A stretch of 64,000 bases of DNA from Octopus bimaculoides (GCF_001194135.2 NC_068985.1:112245663-112309662); one strand, 5' to 3'. Shown: positions 40,817 to 53,855, counted from the first letter of the stretch. Program-made: numbers and translations. The notes: generated by a model from the letters alone, not told the origin.

Positions 40817-41352
40817 CTGGACTGGAGTAACGCAAAATGAAGTGTTTTGCTCAAGAACACAACAGATCACCTTGTCCGGGGATTGAAACCACAATCTTAT
40901 GGTCGTGAATCCAACACCCTAACCACTATGCAATTAGTGGTACTCACTTCTACAGCTGAGTGGACTGGAGCAACGCAAAATGAAGTGTTTTGCTCAAGAA
41001 CACAACAGATCACCTTGTCCAGGGATTGAAACCACAATCTTATGGTCGTGAATCCAACACCCTAACCACTAAGCAACTAGTGGTACTCGTTTCTACAGCT
41101 GAGTGGACTGGAGCAATGTGAAGTGAAGTGTTTTGCTCAAGAACACAATGTATCGCCTGGTCCAGGAATTGAAACCACAATCTTATGGGCGTGAATCCAA
41201 CACCTTAACCTCTAAGCAACTAGCGGTACTCATTTCTACAGCTGAGCAGACTGGAGCAACGTGAAGTGAAGTGTTTTGCTCAAGAACACAGCAGATCACC
41301 TTGTCCAGGAATTGAAACCACAATCTTACGATTGTGAGTTCAACACTTAAAA
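40817..41352 (-). repeat. Tandem array of 143-bp units (about 3.8 copies), each the 5' tRNA-like head of SINE family D
   Basis: ACTGGAG recurs at 40821, 40964, 41107 and 41250 (exact 143 spacing). Each unit on the minus strand carries TAGTGGTTAGGG and GGTTTCAATCC. Confidence 0.9.
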
Positions 41353-41489
41353 CCACAAAGTCACGTGCCTCCACATGCACCAAGACAGGGACAGTAAAAT
41401 ACTGATGAGAATAAGGGCAGGATGGAAGAGGTTTATCTCAATAAAGGACGTGATTAAAGTAGAGCCGGACAAGTCCATGCATTGCCAGA

Positions 41490-41810
41490 TTCTTTGATAG
41501 CGCCATCCTGCTAGAATTCTTACATGCAAGTGAGATGAGGGCTACTATGAAGAGAGAACACAACTTGTTACAATGCCGAGGGCCATGGAAAGATCCATGT
41601 TAGAGATATCATTGTGAAAGCAAATCTAAAACGAGAATATTTGACAATAGAACAAGAGAATGATGGGAATTGTAGAATACTGGAAGCACAAGTTCTGCTG
41701 GGTCAGACATGGCGCAAGGTTCACAAACAATAGGTGGACCCAAGCAGTTACTAGGTGGTATCCAAGAGACCAAAAAAAAGGGCTACTTGGAAGGCCTCCA
41801 CAATGATAGC
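41490..41810 (+). mobile_element. Decayed RTE-clade LINE, post-RT C-terminal fragment
   Basis: Translates with stops to ILLEFLHASE...PRAMERSMLEISL...CWVRHGARFTNNRWTQAVTRWYPRDQKKGLLGRPP. This matches the RTE pattern QRAMERxMLGISL...WAGHIARxxDxRW...W.PR...GRP. Confidence 0.82.
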
Positions 41811-41985
41811 ATAAAATGTGCAGAGATATATTAGACATATCCTAATTTCAGTGGAGTGTATTCAGGAGAAGTGATTTTAGTGCATTAATGTATGTACCAT
41901 AGGCCTAACTTCTCATAGGGTCAGGGTTGATTTTTATGAGACATTTTTTGGGGGTAGGGCAGGTGTCTTATATGCCATCAAGTAT

Positions 41986-42071
<86 letters not shown>

Positions 42072-42074
<3 letters not shown>

Positions 42075-42279
42075 GTGTCCATAAATTATCTTTACAATTC
42101 AAAAAATTCAGAAAAAATAAAAAATAAGGATAACTCAGCAGAGTTTATTGGGAAACATAGGCAAACAAAGTTTTATTAGAAACATCAAAACACTTTTATA
42201 AATTCTGCTGAGTTATCCTGATTCTTAATTTTTTTTTTCAAAAATTTTCCGATGGTAAAGGTAATTTAAGGACACCCTG
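42072..42279. mobile_element. Tc1/mariner-type palindromic MITE
   Basis: Ends GGTGTCCATAAATTATCTTTAC / GTAAAGGTAATTTAAGGACACCCTG; inner arms AGGATAACTCAGCAGAGTTTAT / ATAAATTCTGCTGAGTTATCCT; inserted in microsatellite. Confidence 0.75.
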
Positions 42280-45200
42280 TGTGTGTATATGCATATATGA
42301 AAATGAGATGAGAAAGGAATGAAATTTGTTATCTCGTTTTCTTTCTTATTATCGCTCTATACCCAGCTGATGCTTCATTCTGAAGAATATGTATATTGGG
42401 TTATTATTACCTGGTTATTAGTCTCGCAATGCCTAAGAGAAATATTAAAATAGTTAAATGCAAATGCCCCCATCATTTGACATTGAAAAAATATGCACAT
42501 GCACACGACAGAAAGACAAGCAGATAGACTAAAGTTTGTCAAGAAAAAAGCATAGTGGGAGAGAGAGAGATGTCTCATAGATTAGTTAAGATTTTAAAGA
42601 AATAAAGTCAAACAGAAAGTACAGTGAGTCTGTGAGTGTGTGTATGAGGGAATTGCTGAAAAGTTCATGGGTTTAAGGATATTTCTAAAAGCCTGGGTGG
42701 AGGCCCAAACTTATGAGTTCTTTTACAGTGCTTCGAAAAACTGAAGGGCTGCTGCAATAAGTGTGTGAATCCAAGTGGGGAATATGTTCAAAGAAATCAT
42801 AATTAACTGATCCTCTTGCATTTTCTTTTACACGATGGGCGCAGGAGTGGCTGTGTGGTAAGTAGCTTGCTTACCAACCACATGGTTCTGGGTTCAGTCC
42901 CACTGTGTGGCACCCTGGGCAAGTGTCTTCAACTATAGCCTCGGGCCGACCAAAGTCTTGTGAGTGGATTTGGTAGACGGAAACTGAAAGAAGCCCGTCG
43001 TATATTTATATATATATATATNNNNNNNNNNNNNNNNNNNNNNNNNNNNNNNNNNNNNNNNNNNNNNNNNNNNNNNNNNNNNNNNNNNNNNNNNNNNNNN
43101 NNNNNNNNNNNNNNNNNNNNNNNNNNNNNNNNNNNNNNNNNNNNNNNNNNNNNNNNNNNNNNNNNNNNNNNNNNNNNNNNNNNNNNNNNNNNNNNNNNNN
43201 NNNNNNNNNNNNNNNNNNNNNNNNNNNNNNNNNNNNNNNNNNNNNNNNNNNNNNNNNNNNNNNNNNNNNNNNNNNNNNNNNNNNNNNNNNNNNNNNNNNN
43301 NNNNNNNNNNNNNNNNNNNNNNNNNNNNNNNNNNNNNNNNNNNNNNNNNNNNNNNNNNNNNNNNNNNNNNNNNNNNNNNNNNNNNNNNNNNNNNNNNNNN
43401 NNNNNNNNNNNNNNNNNNNNNNNNNNNNNNNNNNNNNNNNNNNNNNNNNNNNNNNNNNNNNNNNNNNNNNNNNNNNNNNNNNNNNNNNNNNNNNNNNNNN
43501 NNNNNNNNNNNNNNNNNNNNNNNNNNNNNNNNNNNNNNNNNNNNNNNNNNNNNNNNNNNNNNNNNNNNNNNNNNNNNNNNNNNNNNNNNNNNNNNNNNNN
43601 NNNNNNNNNNNNNNNNNNNNNNNNNNNNNNNNNNNNNNNNNNNNNNNNNNNNNNNNNNNNNNNNNNNNNNNNNNNNNNNNNNNNNNNNNNNNNNNNNNNN
43701 NNNNNNNNNNNNNNNNNNNNNNNNNNNNNNNNNNNNNNNNNNNNNNNNNNNNNNNNNNNNNNNNNNNNNNNNNNNNNNNNNNNNNNNNNNNNNNNNNNNN
43801 NNNNNNNNNNNNNNNNNNNNNNNNNNNNNNNNNNNNNNNNNNNNNNNNNNNNNNNNNNNNNNNNNNNNNNNNNNNNNNNNNNNNNNNNNNNNGTACAGAA
43901 TTGTGGGCTTGTGTGTAAGTAATATCAGCTACCCTAAATTTAATACCCATGGTAGCAGTGGTATTGGAGTTGGTGGGTGTTCTCCACCAGCACCAGTCTT
44001 GTTTACACTATCGTTTTAATCTTGGTAGATATCACACGCACACAGCTATATATACAAGCTCCCATACACACTGATGAACAGGCACACATACATGTGTATG
44101 TATATGTATGTGTATGCATGTATGTATGTATATATATATATACACACACAAGCACACAAACACATATATATACACATGCATACATATAAACAGGAACACA
44201 TAGGTATGTATGAATGTGTGTGTGCATACACACATACATATATATCAACACACACAAACATATACACAGATACATATAGATATATAAATACATACATATA
44301 CATATATACATGCACACACATGAATATTCAGACAGCCACTAAACACACACATGCAGACATACCTACATACATACATATATACACTCATGTATTCCTACAA
44401 CTCCCCTGGAAACAGACATAAACACACACATATTCGACCCAGTATAAATAAACACATACGCATACATCTACTACACATCACATATCCACATACATTTCAG
44501 GTAGTAGGCACACAAACACACATATACAGAAACATACCTCACCACACACATACGGTGCATACATAGTAGATATACAGAGGGGAGGGGTGATGTAGAGAGG
44601 TAATATAATGAAGTCACTAAATATAGGTGTGTAGTGAGATATTTAGAGGGTATGTAGGTGTGGTGGTAGTGACAAAGTAGTATTAATGGTATAAGTAGTG
44701 GTAGTGGTGGTATTATATATATATNNNNNNNNNNATATATATATATATATATATATATATATCTATGTGATATGTGTTTGTGTCTGAGTTTTTCTCTTCA
44801 TCACTGCTTGACAAGTGTTGGTATGTTTACATCCCTGTAATTTAGTGGTTTGACAAAAGAGACCAATAAAATAAGTACTGAGGTTCATCTGATGATCAGA
44901 GCAATGGGGACCCCCATCATCATCGTAACCGATGGAGTGCCAGTTAAGTTAATTAAGGTTAGGACAGGATGGTCATAATTAGAATGCTTTTAGATGATAT
45001 GCATATATGGTACAGGATGTCACCAACTGTGCAATCAACATGAAATACATAAACAATGACAGGAAAAAAATGGGAAACTAGACTAGTAAACAGAGAAACA
45101 ACCCTTCATCAGTTGTCGGCTGTCTATTTACTGTTCATTTTGAGCATTCAATGATAATATGAGTCTTCAAAGACAATTGCTCCCATAAATTCTAAAATAA

Positions 45201-45350
45201 AACTTAGGATTTATAGATGGGTCAAAGTTGGGATCAAAACAGGACAGTGGAGACATAAAAGGAAACTAAACGAAAACAAACATGGAAGGTCGTTAGACCA
45301 GAACGAGAGGAAAATAATGAATGCTGGGAGAAATATTTTCTTTGAAAAGA

Positions 45351-45419
<69 letters not shown>

Positions 45420-45422
45420 TAG

Positions 45423-45454
<32 letters not shown>

Positions 45455-45536
45455 GGGGGGCATAAGTCGCTTTACCCATTTCTAATAAAGAAATGGGTAA
45501 AGAGACTTACAGCCATCTCTGTATATATGTCTGGGT

Positions 45537-45604
<68 letters not shown>

Positions 45605-46339
45605 ACAGGCGTTTTCAGTTTCTGTCTACCAAATCCACTCAGAAGGCTTTGGTCAGCCCAAGGCTATAGTAGAAGACACTTGCCCAAGGTGCCATGCAGT
45701 GGGACTGAACCCAGAACCATGTGCTTGGAAAAGCCAGCTTCTTACCACACAGTCATTGCCTGCTCGTGGAATTAATGTGCAAGTGACCAAACACTCCATA
45801 GACATGCATACCCTTAACATAGTTCTCAGAGAGATTCAACATGACACAAAATGTGATATGGCTGACCTTCTGAGATACAACGTGAAAAAAAGTGTCTTAG
45901 GTCAAGGACACAATGAACCCCCAGGAATCAAACTTATGACCTAATTACCATGAGTTGAATACCCTAACCACATAGCCACATGCCTTCGCCATAACTTTAA
46001 TTAAAGACATTATTCAACATGCCTTCCTTTGTCAAACATAGTGATGTTTCATTTGAGGGAGATTAGGCTACCATTTCTAGCAGGTCAGGGGATTATGTAG
46101 AGGTTCTTTAACAATAGTGGTATAGGTGTCAGTAGCAATCACAGTGCAGTGTTGTTTAGGCTTAGATTTATGCTGACCAAACGAACCTATGACCAAAGAC
46201 ATCCCCCCACCCACTACAATACTGTCTGTTTTCAGTCACTGTGCAACCTCAGGCTGCATATATTTTAATGTAGTTAATTCTTCAATGGAAAAAAAAAAAA
46301 AAAAAAGCAAAAACAAAAAAAAAAACGTTATAGGCTTAG

Positions 46340-46715
46340 GAGTGGCTGTGTGGTGAGTAGTTTGCTTACCAACCACATGGTTCCAGTTTCAGTCCCACTG
46401 CATGGCACCTTGGGCAAGTGTCTTCTATTATAGCCTCAGGCTGACCAAAGCCTTGTGAGTAGATTTGGTAGACGGAAACTGAAAAGAAGCCCACCATATA
46501 TATGTATATGTGTGTATATGTTTGTCCCCCCCCCCCCAACATCGCTTGACAACCGATGCTGGTGTGTTTATGTCCCTGTAACTTAGCGGTTCGGCAGAAA
46601 GAGACCGATAGAATAAGTACTAGGCTTACAAAAAGAATAAGTCCTGGGGTCGATTTGCTTGACTAAAGGCGGTGCTCCAGCATGGCCACAGTCAAATGAC
46701 TGAAACAAGTAAAAG
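46340..46715 (+). mobile_element. SINE family B, near full-length copy
   Basis: Same head, microsatellite and tail arrangement on the plus strand. Confidence 0.85.
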
Positions 46716-46856
46716 AGTGTAGTTTTTTTGAGAGAGATTTGACTAGTCTTTCTAGCATGTTGAATGACCACATAATGGCTTCCTCATTCACTAAGTTGAG
46801 GTAGTAGCAGAAGAGGTTTTGAACACTCATTCTTGTCTGACATTTATGTGTGTGCT

Positions 46857-46901
<45 letters not shown>

Positions 46902-47860
46902 TTGGATTGTACCCCTGAGAAATAATGCTTCACCAGCTAGCCAGAAAACCACCCACCCATCCACATGCAGTAGTATCCTCAATATCTTCCTGTTCTCTAA
47001 CAAGATCTGCTGCCCTGCCCTGCCCTACCCCTACCCCTATCAGGACTGACAGGAAGCTTAAAAAGCTAATCTGTGCACTGACCCACAACTGAACAAGAAC
47101 CTGTCATCAGCTAACTTTAAAGATAATGAAGTGATAATGAAGAGACACTGCTGAGACATCTATTCAGCAATATCAGTCATCACTCACCCTCACCTCATAA
47201 ATCTTTGATCACCAGCCAATGTCCTATATGTAAGAAACTAACCAACTAGTGGGGGTTGGTCTGTTGGAGGGCCAGCCCCTCGATGTTAAATAACAACAAC
47301 AAGGGCAAATTCTGTTTCATCACCAGCTACATTTGGTATTTATCTATACCAGTGCTTTCCCTCCCATTATTCTCATCATCGTCGTTGTCATCATCACCCA
47401 CATCATCGTCATCACTATCATCTTCATCGTCATTGTCATCATCATCTTCACCACCACCACTACCATCATCATCATCATCAAAGCACCACACAGAAACCAG
47501 CAGGAGACTCTGACACAAGTAGAACAGCTAAACAAACATAATATTGTGTTGAATAACAGTGGATATATTTATAAAGATATAAAAAAAAGAAAAGAAAAAT
47601 ACCCAGCAAAGTGAATTATCTTAGAAATACAATACCAAATAGGGATCTTCAAACTGGCATTGAGCTCTTTGAATTCTTAGATATTGAAACAGCGGCAAGT
47701 AAGTTGAAAAGGCACAGCGCCAGATTAAAACTGTTATTGAGTTTCGTATTGCTTATCAGCACCAGTTTCAAGTTGAGTAGAAGAGAATCAATCCCAATAT
47801 TATTTAAGCCAACAATTAACTCCCCAACCACCAACCCTACTATTACGCAAACCCCAAACT

Positions 47861-48130
47861 GAATCAAGCTCCAACTTCAATATTATTAAAATTCTGAACT
47901 GAATCAAGCTCCAACTTCAATATTATTAAAATTCTGAACTGAATCAAGCTCAAACCCTAATATTATAGAAACTCCTAATGTAATGAAGCCCCCAACATCA
48001 ATGATATTCAAACCCTGAACTTAATTAAGTTCAAGTCCTGATATTATAAAAAAACCCTAAAAAAATCAGCCCGCAATCCTAATATTATATAAACTCCAAC
48101 TCATCATCCAAAATATACAAACCCACAATT
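47861..48130. repeat. 40-bp tandem repeat (two exact copies, then degenerate copies)
   Basis: GAATCAAGCT at 47861, 47901 and 47941. Confidence 0.85.
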
Positions 48131-48613
48131 AACACAACTCCTAATATTTATTTCTTTATTGCCCACAAGGGGCTAAACATAGAGGGGACAAACAAGGACA
48201 GACAAAGGGATTAAGTTGATTACATTGATCCCAGTGCATAACTGGTACTTATTTAATCGACCCCCGAAAGGATGAAAGCCAAAGTCGACCTCGGTGAAAT
48301 TTGAACTCAGAACGTTTCGTTCAGCATGCTAACGAATCTGCCAGCGCGCCGCCTTAACAACTAATATTACATACAACAATGTCAATGGATAGATAGATAG
48401 ATAAATTAAAATCCATTATTACACAACTACACAATTCAGTCATCGAACTGCGGCCATACTGGGGGCATTCAGCCATAGACAATCTGCCTTGATGAATTCT
48501 GCTCAACCCATGCAAGCAAGGAAAAGTGGACATTAAAATGATGATAATAATGATGATAGTATGTGTTCAGTGTTGGTCAGAGCAGGGATGACAAAGTACT
48601 CTGTCAAATTTAC

Positions 48614-48634
48614 CGTTCCTCATAAACCGCAGAC
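48614..48634 (-). CDS. CASKIN: Candidate 21-nt symmetric microexon (GT CTG CGG TTT ATG AGG AAC G; x-LRFMRN-x)
   Basis: Acceptor cctctttgctccatcAG at 48636-48635, donor CG|GTAAAT at 48613-48608. Phase 1-1, open frame, in non-repetitive sequence. Confidence 0.45.
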
Positions 48635-49845
48635 CTGATGGAGCAAAGAGGCTTACAAATTAAATTCTTCCTACACTATCAGTCAATGGAAGAACCCATC
48701 TCAACCGTTTGCTCTCTGTCATGGAATTTTCATAGACTATACAAAGATGGTTTACTGTTGTCTTTGTTTGGAAATTTATAGGAAACCTTATCTTATTAGC
48801 TAGTTAGAAATAAATTCAACACAGGTGCCTGGGTACAGACAACTTGGCTGGAATAAATACATCATTGTAACAGCAAAAGGAACCAACAGAGCAGGTACAA
48901 GACTTAAAAAAAAAAAAATATTGGGATTGTTTTGTTCAAGGTAATGCCCCAGCATACTCTTTTATTCTTTTACTTGTTTCAGTCATTTGACTGCAGCCAT
49001 GCTGGAGCACCGCCTTTAGTCGAGAAAATCGACCCCAGGACTTATTCTATCGGTCTCTTTTTGCCGAACCGCTAAGTTATGGGTACGTAAACACACCAGC
49101 ATCAGTTGTCAAGCAATGGTGGGGGGACAAACATATATATATATGACGGGCTTCTTTCAGTTTCCGTCTATCAAATCCACTCACAAGGCTTTGGTCGGTC
49201 CAAGGCTACAGTAGAAGACACTTGCNNNNNNNNNNNNNNNNNNNNNNNNNNNNNNNNNNNNNNNNNNNNNNNNNNNNNNNNNNNNNNNNNNNNNNNNNNN
49301 NNNNNNNNNNNNNNNNNNNNNNNNNNNNNNNNNNNNNNNNNNNNNNNNNNNNNNNNNNNNNNNNNNNNNNNNNNNNNNNNNNNNNNNNNNNNNNNNNNNN
49401 NNNNNNNNNNNNNNNNNNNNNNNNNNNNNNNNNNNNNNNNNNNNNNNNNNNNNNNNNNNNNNNNNNNNNNNNNNNNNNNNNNNNNNNNNNNNNNNNNNNN
49501 NNNNNNNNNNNNNNNNNNNNNNNNNNNNNNNNNNNNNNNNNNNNNNNNNNNNNNNNNNNNNNNNNNNNNNNNNNNNNNNNNNNNNNNNNNNNNNNNNNNN
49601 NNNNNNNNNNNNNNNNNNNNNNNNNNNNNNNNNNNNNNNNNNNNNNNNNNNNNNNNNNNNNNNNNNNNNNNNNNNNNNNNNNNNNNNNNNNNNNNNNNNN
49701 NNNNNNNNNNNNNNNNNNNNNNNNNNNNNNNNNNNNNNNNNNNNNNNNNNNNNNNNNNNNNNNNNNNNNNNNNNNNNNNNNNNNNNNNNNNNGGTTGAAT
49801 AAAATAATTTTGTTTATTGCATGAAATATCGATGGAGGGCTTTAA

Positions 49846-50065
49846 CCCTTTAGCGTTCAGAATAATTTGTCAAAAGTAATCCTTATTTATTCACATTAAA
49901 AAAAATTTATCTGATATTATTTTGTAGCTTCAAGATAGGAAAGATGTAATTACTTATTTTTAGAATGACATTGCATGGTAGGTGTGAGATGCTGGTTCTG
50001 GCCAGTTTGAGTATAAAATGTGTAGAATATTTGGGCCGGATACAGCCGGTTTAAACACTAAAGGG
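49846..50065. mobile_element. piggyBac-type MITE (TTAA-CCCTTTAGC...CTAAAGGG-TTAA), 220 bp
   Basis: CCC/GGG termini with TTAA on both sides (49842-49845 and 50066-50069). Family copies at about 10740-10965, 56140-56310 and 59120-59335. Confidence 0.8.
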
Positions 50066-50069
50066 TTAA

Positions 50070-50285
50070 CCATTTACCATTTAAACTAGCCGGATCCAGC
50101 CAGAAGTATTCTAAATGTTCAATGTTCCAACCGGCCAGATCTGTCCTCTCACACCAACCCTAATATCATTCTGAAAACTAACATTTTTGTCATCAAAATC
50201 TCATAGCTATAAAGATAATGCCTGATTAATTCAAAACAATGTAAATTAATAAACATTACATTTGACAGAATGTGAATACTAAAAG
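50070..50285. mobile_element. Second copy of the same piggyBac-type MITE in opposite orientation, sharing the central TTAA
   Basis: The sequence is a diverged reverse complement of 49846-50065 and ends ...CTAAAAGG-TTAA at 50285-50289. Confidence 0.7.
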
Positions 50286-50378
50286 GTTAATTTAGATGTC
50301 TTTAAAACAAGCTTGTATCATAGAACCAAGGGTGGTCTCAAACAAGTTGGTATCAAAATGGTTAATATTTGGAAAGTA

Positions 50379-50771
50379 ATTCAGGATGGTCATATTTTTT
50401 TCTTGCTCAATAAACATATGCGTTATATATTCATTTTTATTCCATGTCCATTGTCTGAAAATCTTTTCTCACACACCTGTGACCTCTTCATCGGCTCTAT
50501 CCCATGTATCGCCTCCTGTTCTGTTTAACCCATTCTGAATGGTCATACATTTGTGACCTCTTCAGCAACTCTTCTATCCCACATGTCTCCTCCTGTTCTC
50601 TTTAATCTATTCTAAACAGGAGGATACATGTGGGATGGAAGAACTGCTGAGGAGGTCATAGGTGTGTGACAAAAGATTTTCAGACAATGGACATAAGATA
50701 AAATAACAGCAAATACAAAGTGTGTGTGTGTGTGTGCTTATTTGGAAAGAAAAAAAATGACCATCCTGAAA
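50379..50771. mobile_element. Foldback/MITE with roughly 145-bp inverted arms
   Basis: Left arm TCAGGATGGTCA...TGTCCATTGTCTGAAAATCTTTT...CTCCTGTT pairs with right arm AACAGGAG...AAAAGATTTTCAGACAATGGACA...TGACCATCCTGA. There is an internal partial duplication at about 50548-50600. Confidence 0.75.
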
Positions 50772-52504
50772 TACAACAATATTTGTTTCAATACACGATT
50801 TCACATTAAGAATCTTGCCAAACAAATTTATAAACATAAAAAAATCATGTTCAAGTCAAAAATAAACAACACCCTATTAACCCCTGACCTGTCTAAAGCA
50901 TTTTTATAGGTTTTACCTAAACGCCGAAGCAAGTTTTTCACTTTTTAGTTAGCCCTTTTTTCATACATTCTTATATAAAGCTTCCTTTATTTCTTTCCGT
51001 AAGGCCAAAGTTACTTGGGTGGTTGTAGAAAAACTGGGAATATTCATCATATATGATGTATGGACGTCAGGGAAATATGCATACAGGTAAGCTCACCACC
51101 ATCAATTCACTGCAGGGAAAGTTCTCTGCCATCAATTTACTGTGAAAAAAGTTCACCAAGAAAATATATCCATAGTATCTCTCTGTTCATCATCATCATT
51201 GTCGTTTAATGTCCGCTTTCCATGCTAGCATGGGTTGGATGATTTGACTGAGGACTGGTGAACCAGATGGCTACACCAGGCTCCAATCTGATTTGGCAGT
51301 GTTTCTACAGCTGGATGCCCTTCCTAACGCACACCACTCCGAGAGTGTAGTGGGTGCTTTTATGTGCCACCGGCACGAAGGCCAGTCAGGAGGTACTGGC
51401 AACGGCCACGCTCGAAATGGTGTATTTTACGTGCCACCTGCACAGGGGCCAGTCCAGCGGTACTGGCAACAAACTCATTCGAATGTCTTTTCACGTGCCA
51501 CTGGCACAAGTGCCAGGAAGGCGATGTTGGTTAATAGTTGTAAACTATTTTATCGAAAAAAAGTGGTGAATTGATGACGTTAAACTTTCTCTGTGATGAA
51601 TTGATGATGGTGAATTTACCGGGTGAAATATATCCTGTGAATCCCATATAGTACACAGGTCAGGGTAAAGAGTTAAAATATTTTGTGGAAGAAGGATAAC
51701 GATAAATGAATGGATGGTCAGTCTTAATTTCTTACACTTGAAACTTTGTGCATTCATATATGTTGCCAGTACTGCCTGACTGGCCTTCGTAGGATTTTCG
51801 AGCGAGATCGTTGCCAGTGCCCCTGGACTGGCTCTTGTGCGGGTGGCACATAAAATACACCATTTGAGTGTGGCCGTTGCCAGTACCGTCTGACTGGCCT
51901 TCATGCGGGTGACACGTAAAAGAACCCACTACACTCTCTGAGTGGTTGGCATTAGGAAGGGCATCCAGCTGTAGAAACTCTGCCAAATCAGATTGGAGCC
52001 TGGTGTTGCCATCCGGTTTCACCAGTCCTCAGTCAAATCGTCCAACCCATGCTAGCATGGAAAGCGGACGTTAAACGATGATGATGATGATGATATATGC
52101 CAGCACAGAATGGAATGGAAAACTGATGTTAAATGATGATGATTATGTACTCTCCTGGCATTAAATGACATATGAGGGTTCTGCAATTTCTTGCCAAACA
52201 ATTTCACAGGTGATTTGTTTATTGTGACCAATTATTTGTGTTGCATGCAAGTTCACTTGCTCCATCAAATCAACACTATTGTCTGTACAGGTGCATGGTG
52301 TGCCACACATCAAATATTGAAATGATCACAGAGCAATGTGAAAGGAAGTGTTTTATTCAAGAACACAAGGGACTGCTTGGTCTGAGAATCGAACCCATTA
52401 TCATGCAATTGTGAGTGCAACACCCTACCCAATAGGCCATATGTTTTATATATATATGATCATCATCAGCATCATCGTTTAACGTCCGCTTTCCATACTA
52501 GCAT

Positions 52505-52544
<40 letters not shown>

Positions 52545-52545
<1 letters not shown>

Positions 52546-52860
52546 GTGTGTGGCTTAGTGGTTAGGGTATTCAGCTCTTTCATAAGGTCATGAGTTCAAT
52601 TCCTGGTGACGTGTGCCCTTGAGCAAGACACTTTATTTCACATTGCTCCAGTCTACTCAGCTGGTAAAAATGAGTAGTGCCTGTATTTCAAAGGGCCAGC
52701 TTTGTCACACTCTGTATCATGCTGAATCTCCCTGAGAACTATGTTAAGGGTACACACATCTGTGGAGTGCTCAGCCACTTGCACATTAATTTCACGAGTA
52801 GGTTGTTCCGTTGATCGGATCAACTGGAACCCTCGTTGCCATAACTAACAGTGCCAGTTA
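52545..52860 (+). mobile_element. tRNA-derived SINE family D, full-length-looking copy
   Basis: A-box TAGTGGTTAGG, B-box GAGTTCAATTCC, body ...TTGCTCCAGTCTACTCAGCTG..., ends in (TA)n. Related pieces at about 7440-7560, 45770-45985 and 52300-52440. Confidence 0.7.
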
Positions 52861-53855
52861 TATATATATANNNNNNNNNNNNNNNNNNNNNNNNNNNNNN
52901 NNNNNNNNNNNNNNNNNNNNNNNNNNNNNNNNNNNNNNNNNNNNNNNNNNNNNNNNNNNNNNNNNNNNNNNNNNNNNNNNNNNNNNNNNNNNNNNNNNNN
53001 NNNNNNNNNNNNNNNNNNNNNNNNNNNNNNNNNNNNNNNNNNNNNNNNNNNNNNNNNNNNNNNNNNNNNNNNNNNNNNNNNNNNNNNNNNNNNNNNNNNN
53101 NNNNNNNNNNNNNNNNNNNNNNNNNNNNNNNNNNNNNNNNNNNNNNNNNNNNNNNNNNNNNNNNNNNNNNNNNNNNNNNNNNNNNNNNNNNNNNNNNNNN
53201 NNNNNNNNNNNNNNNNNNNNNNNNNNNNNNNNNNNNNNNNNNNNNNNNNNNNNNNNNNNNNNNNNNNNNNNNNNNNNNNNNNNNNNNNNNNNNNNNNNNN
53301 NNNNNNNNNNNNNNNNNNNNNNNNNNNNNNNNNNNNNNNNNNNNNNNNNNNNNNNNNNNNNNNNNNNNNNNNNNNNNNNNNNNNNNNNNNNNNNNNNNNN
53401 NNNNNNNNNNNNNNNNNNNNNNNNNNNNNNNNNNNNNNNNNNNNNNNNNNNNNNNNNNNNNNNNNNNNNNNNNNNNNNNNNNNNNNNNNNNNNNNNNACA
53501 ATAATTATTATTATTATTAATAATAATAATAATAATGATGATAATAATGTCATTTTAATGATGATAAAAGCAGGAAAGGAAGAACAAAAGCAAAGAAATA
53601 TTTCACATTTGTTTGTTTACATTTGAAAATTTCCACCATTTTTACTCTTGCAGTGCCACAAGCAGCTGGCATTGCTGAAGAATTCCATTCTGTTTTATTC
53701 CATTCCATGATCTCCTTACCACCACCACCACTATCGTCTCTTCAACAGAAGCCACAGTAGAAAAAAAAACCCCCCCCAAAAAAACCCCAAAGAACAAACA
53801 ATACTGACAATTCAATACAATACAATATTATATAGCGATGGTAGCAGCGCTTTAC

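Noticed and set aside
40817-41352. CRISPR-like appearance of regularly spaced repeats (also 22855-23015 and 47861-47960)
   Set aside because: The units are contiguous tandem copies without unique spacers, in a eukaryotic intron with no cas genes.
45020-45310. Minus-strand CTGATGAAGGG as a Penelope-type hammerhead
   Set aside because: No GAAAC or closing stem follows; left as an unclassified repeat fragment.
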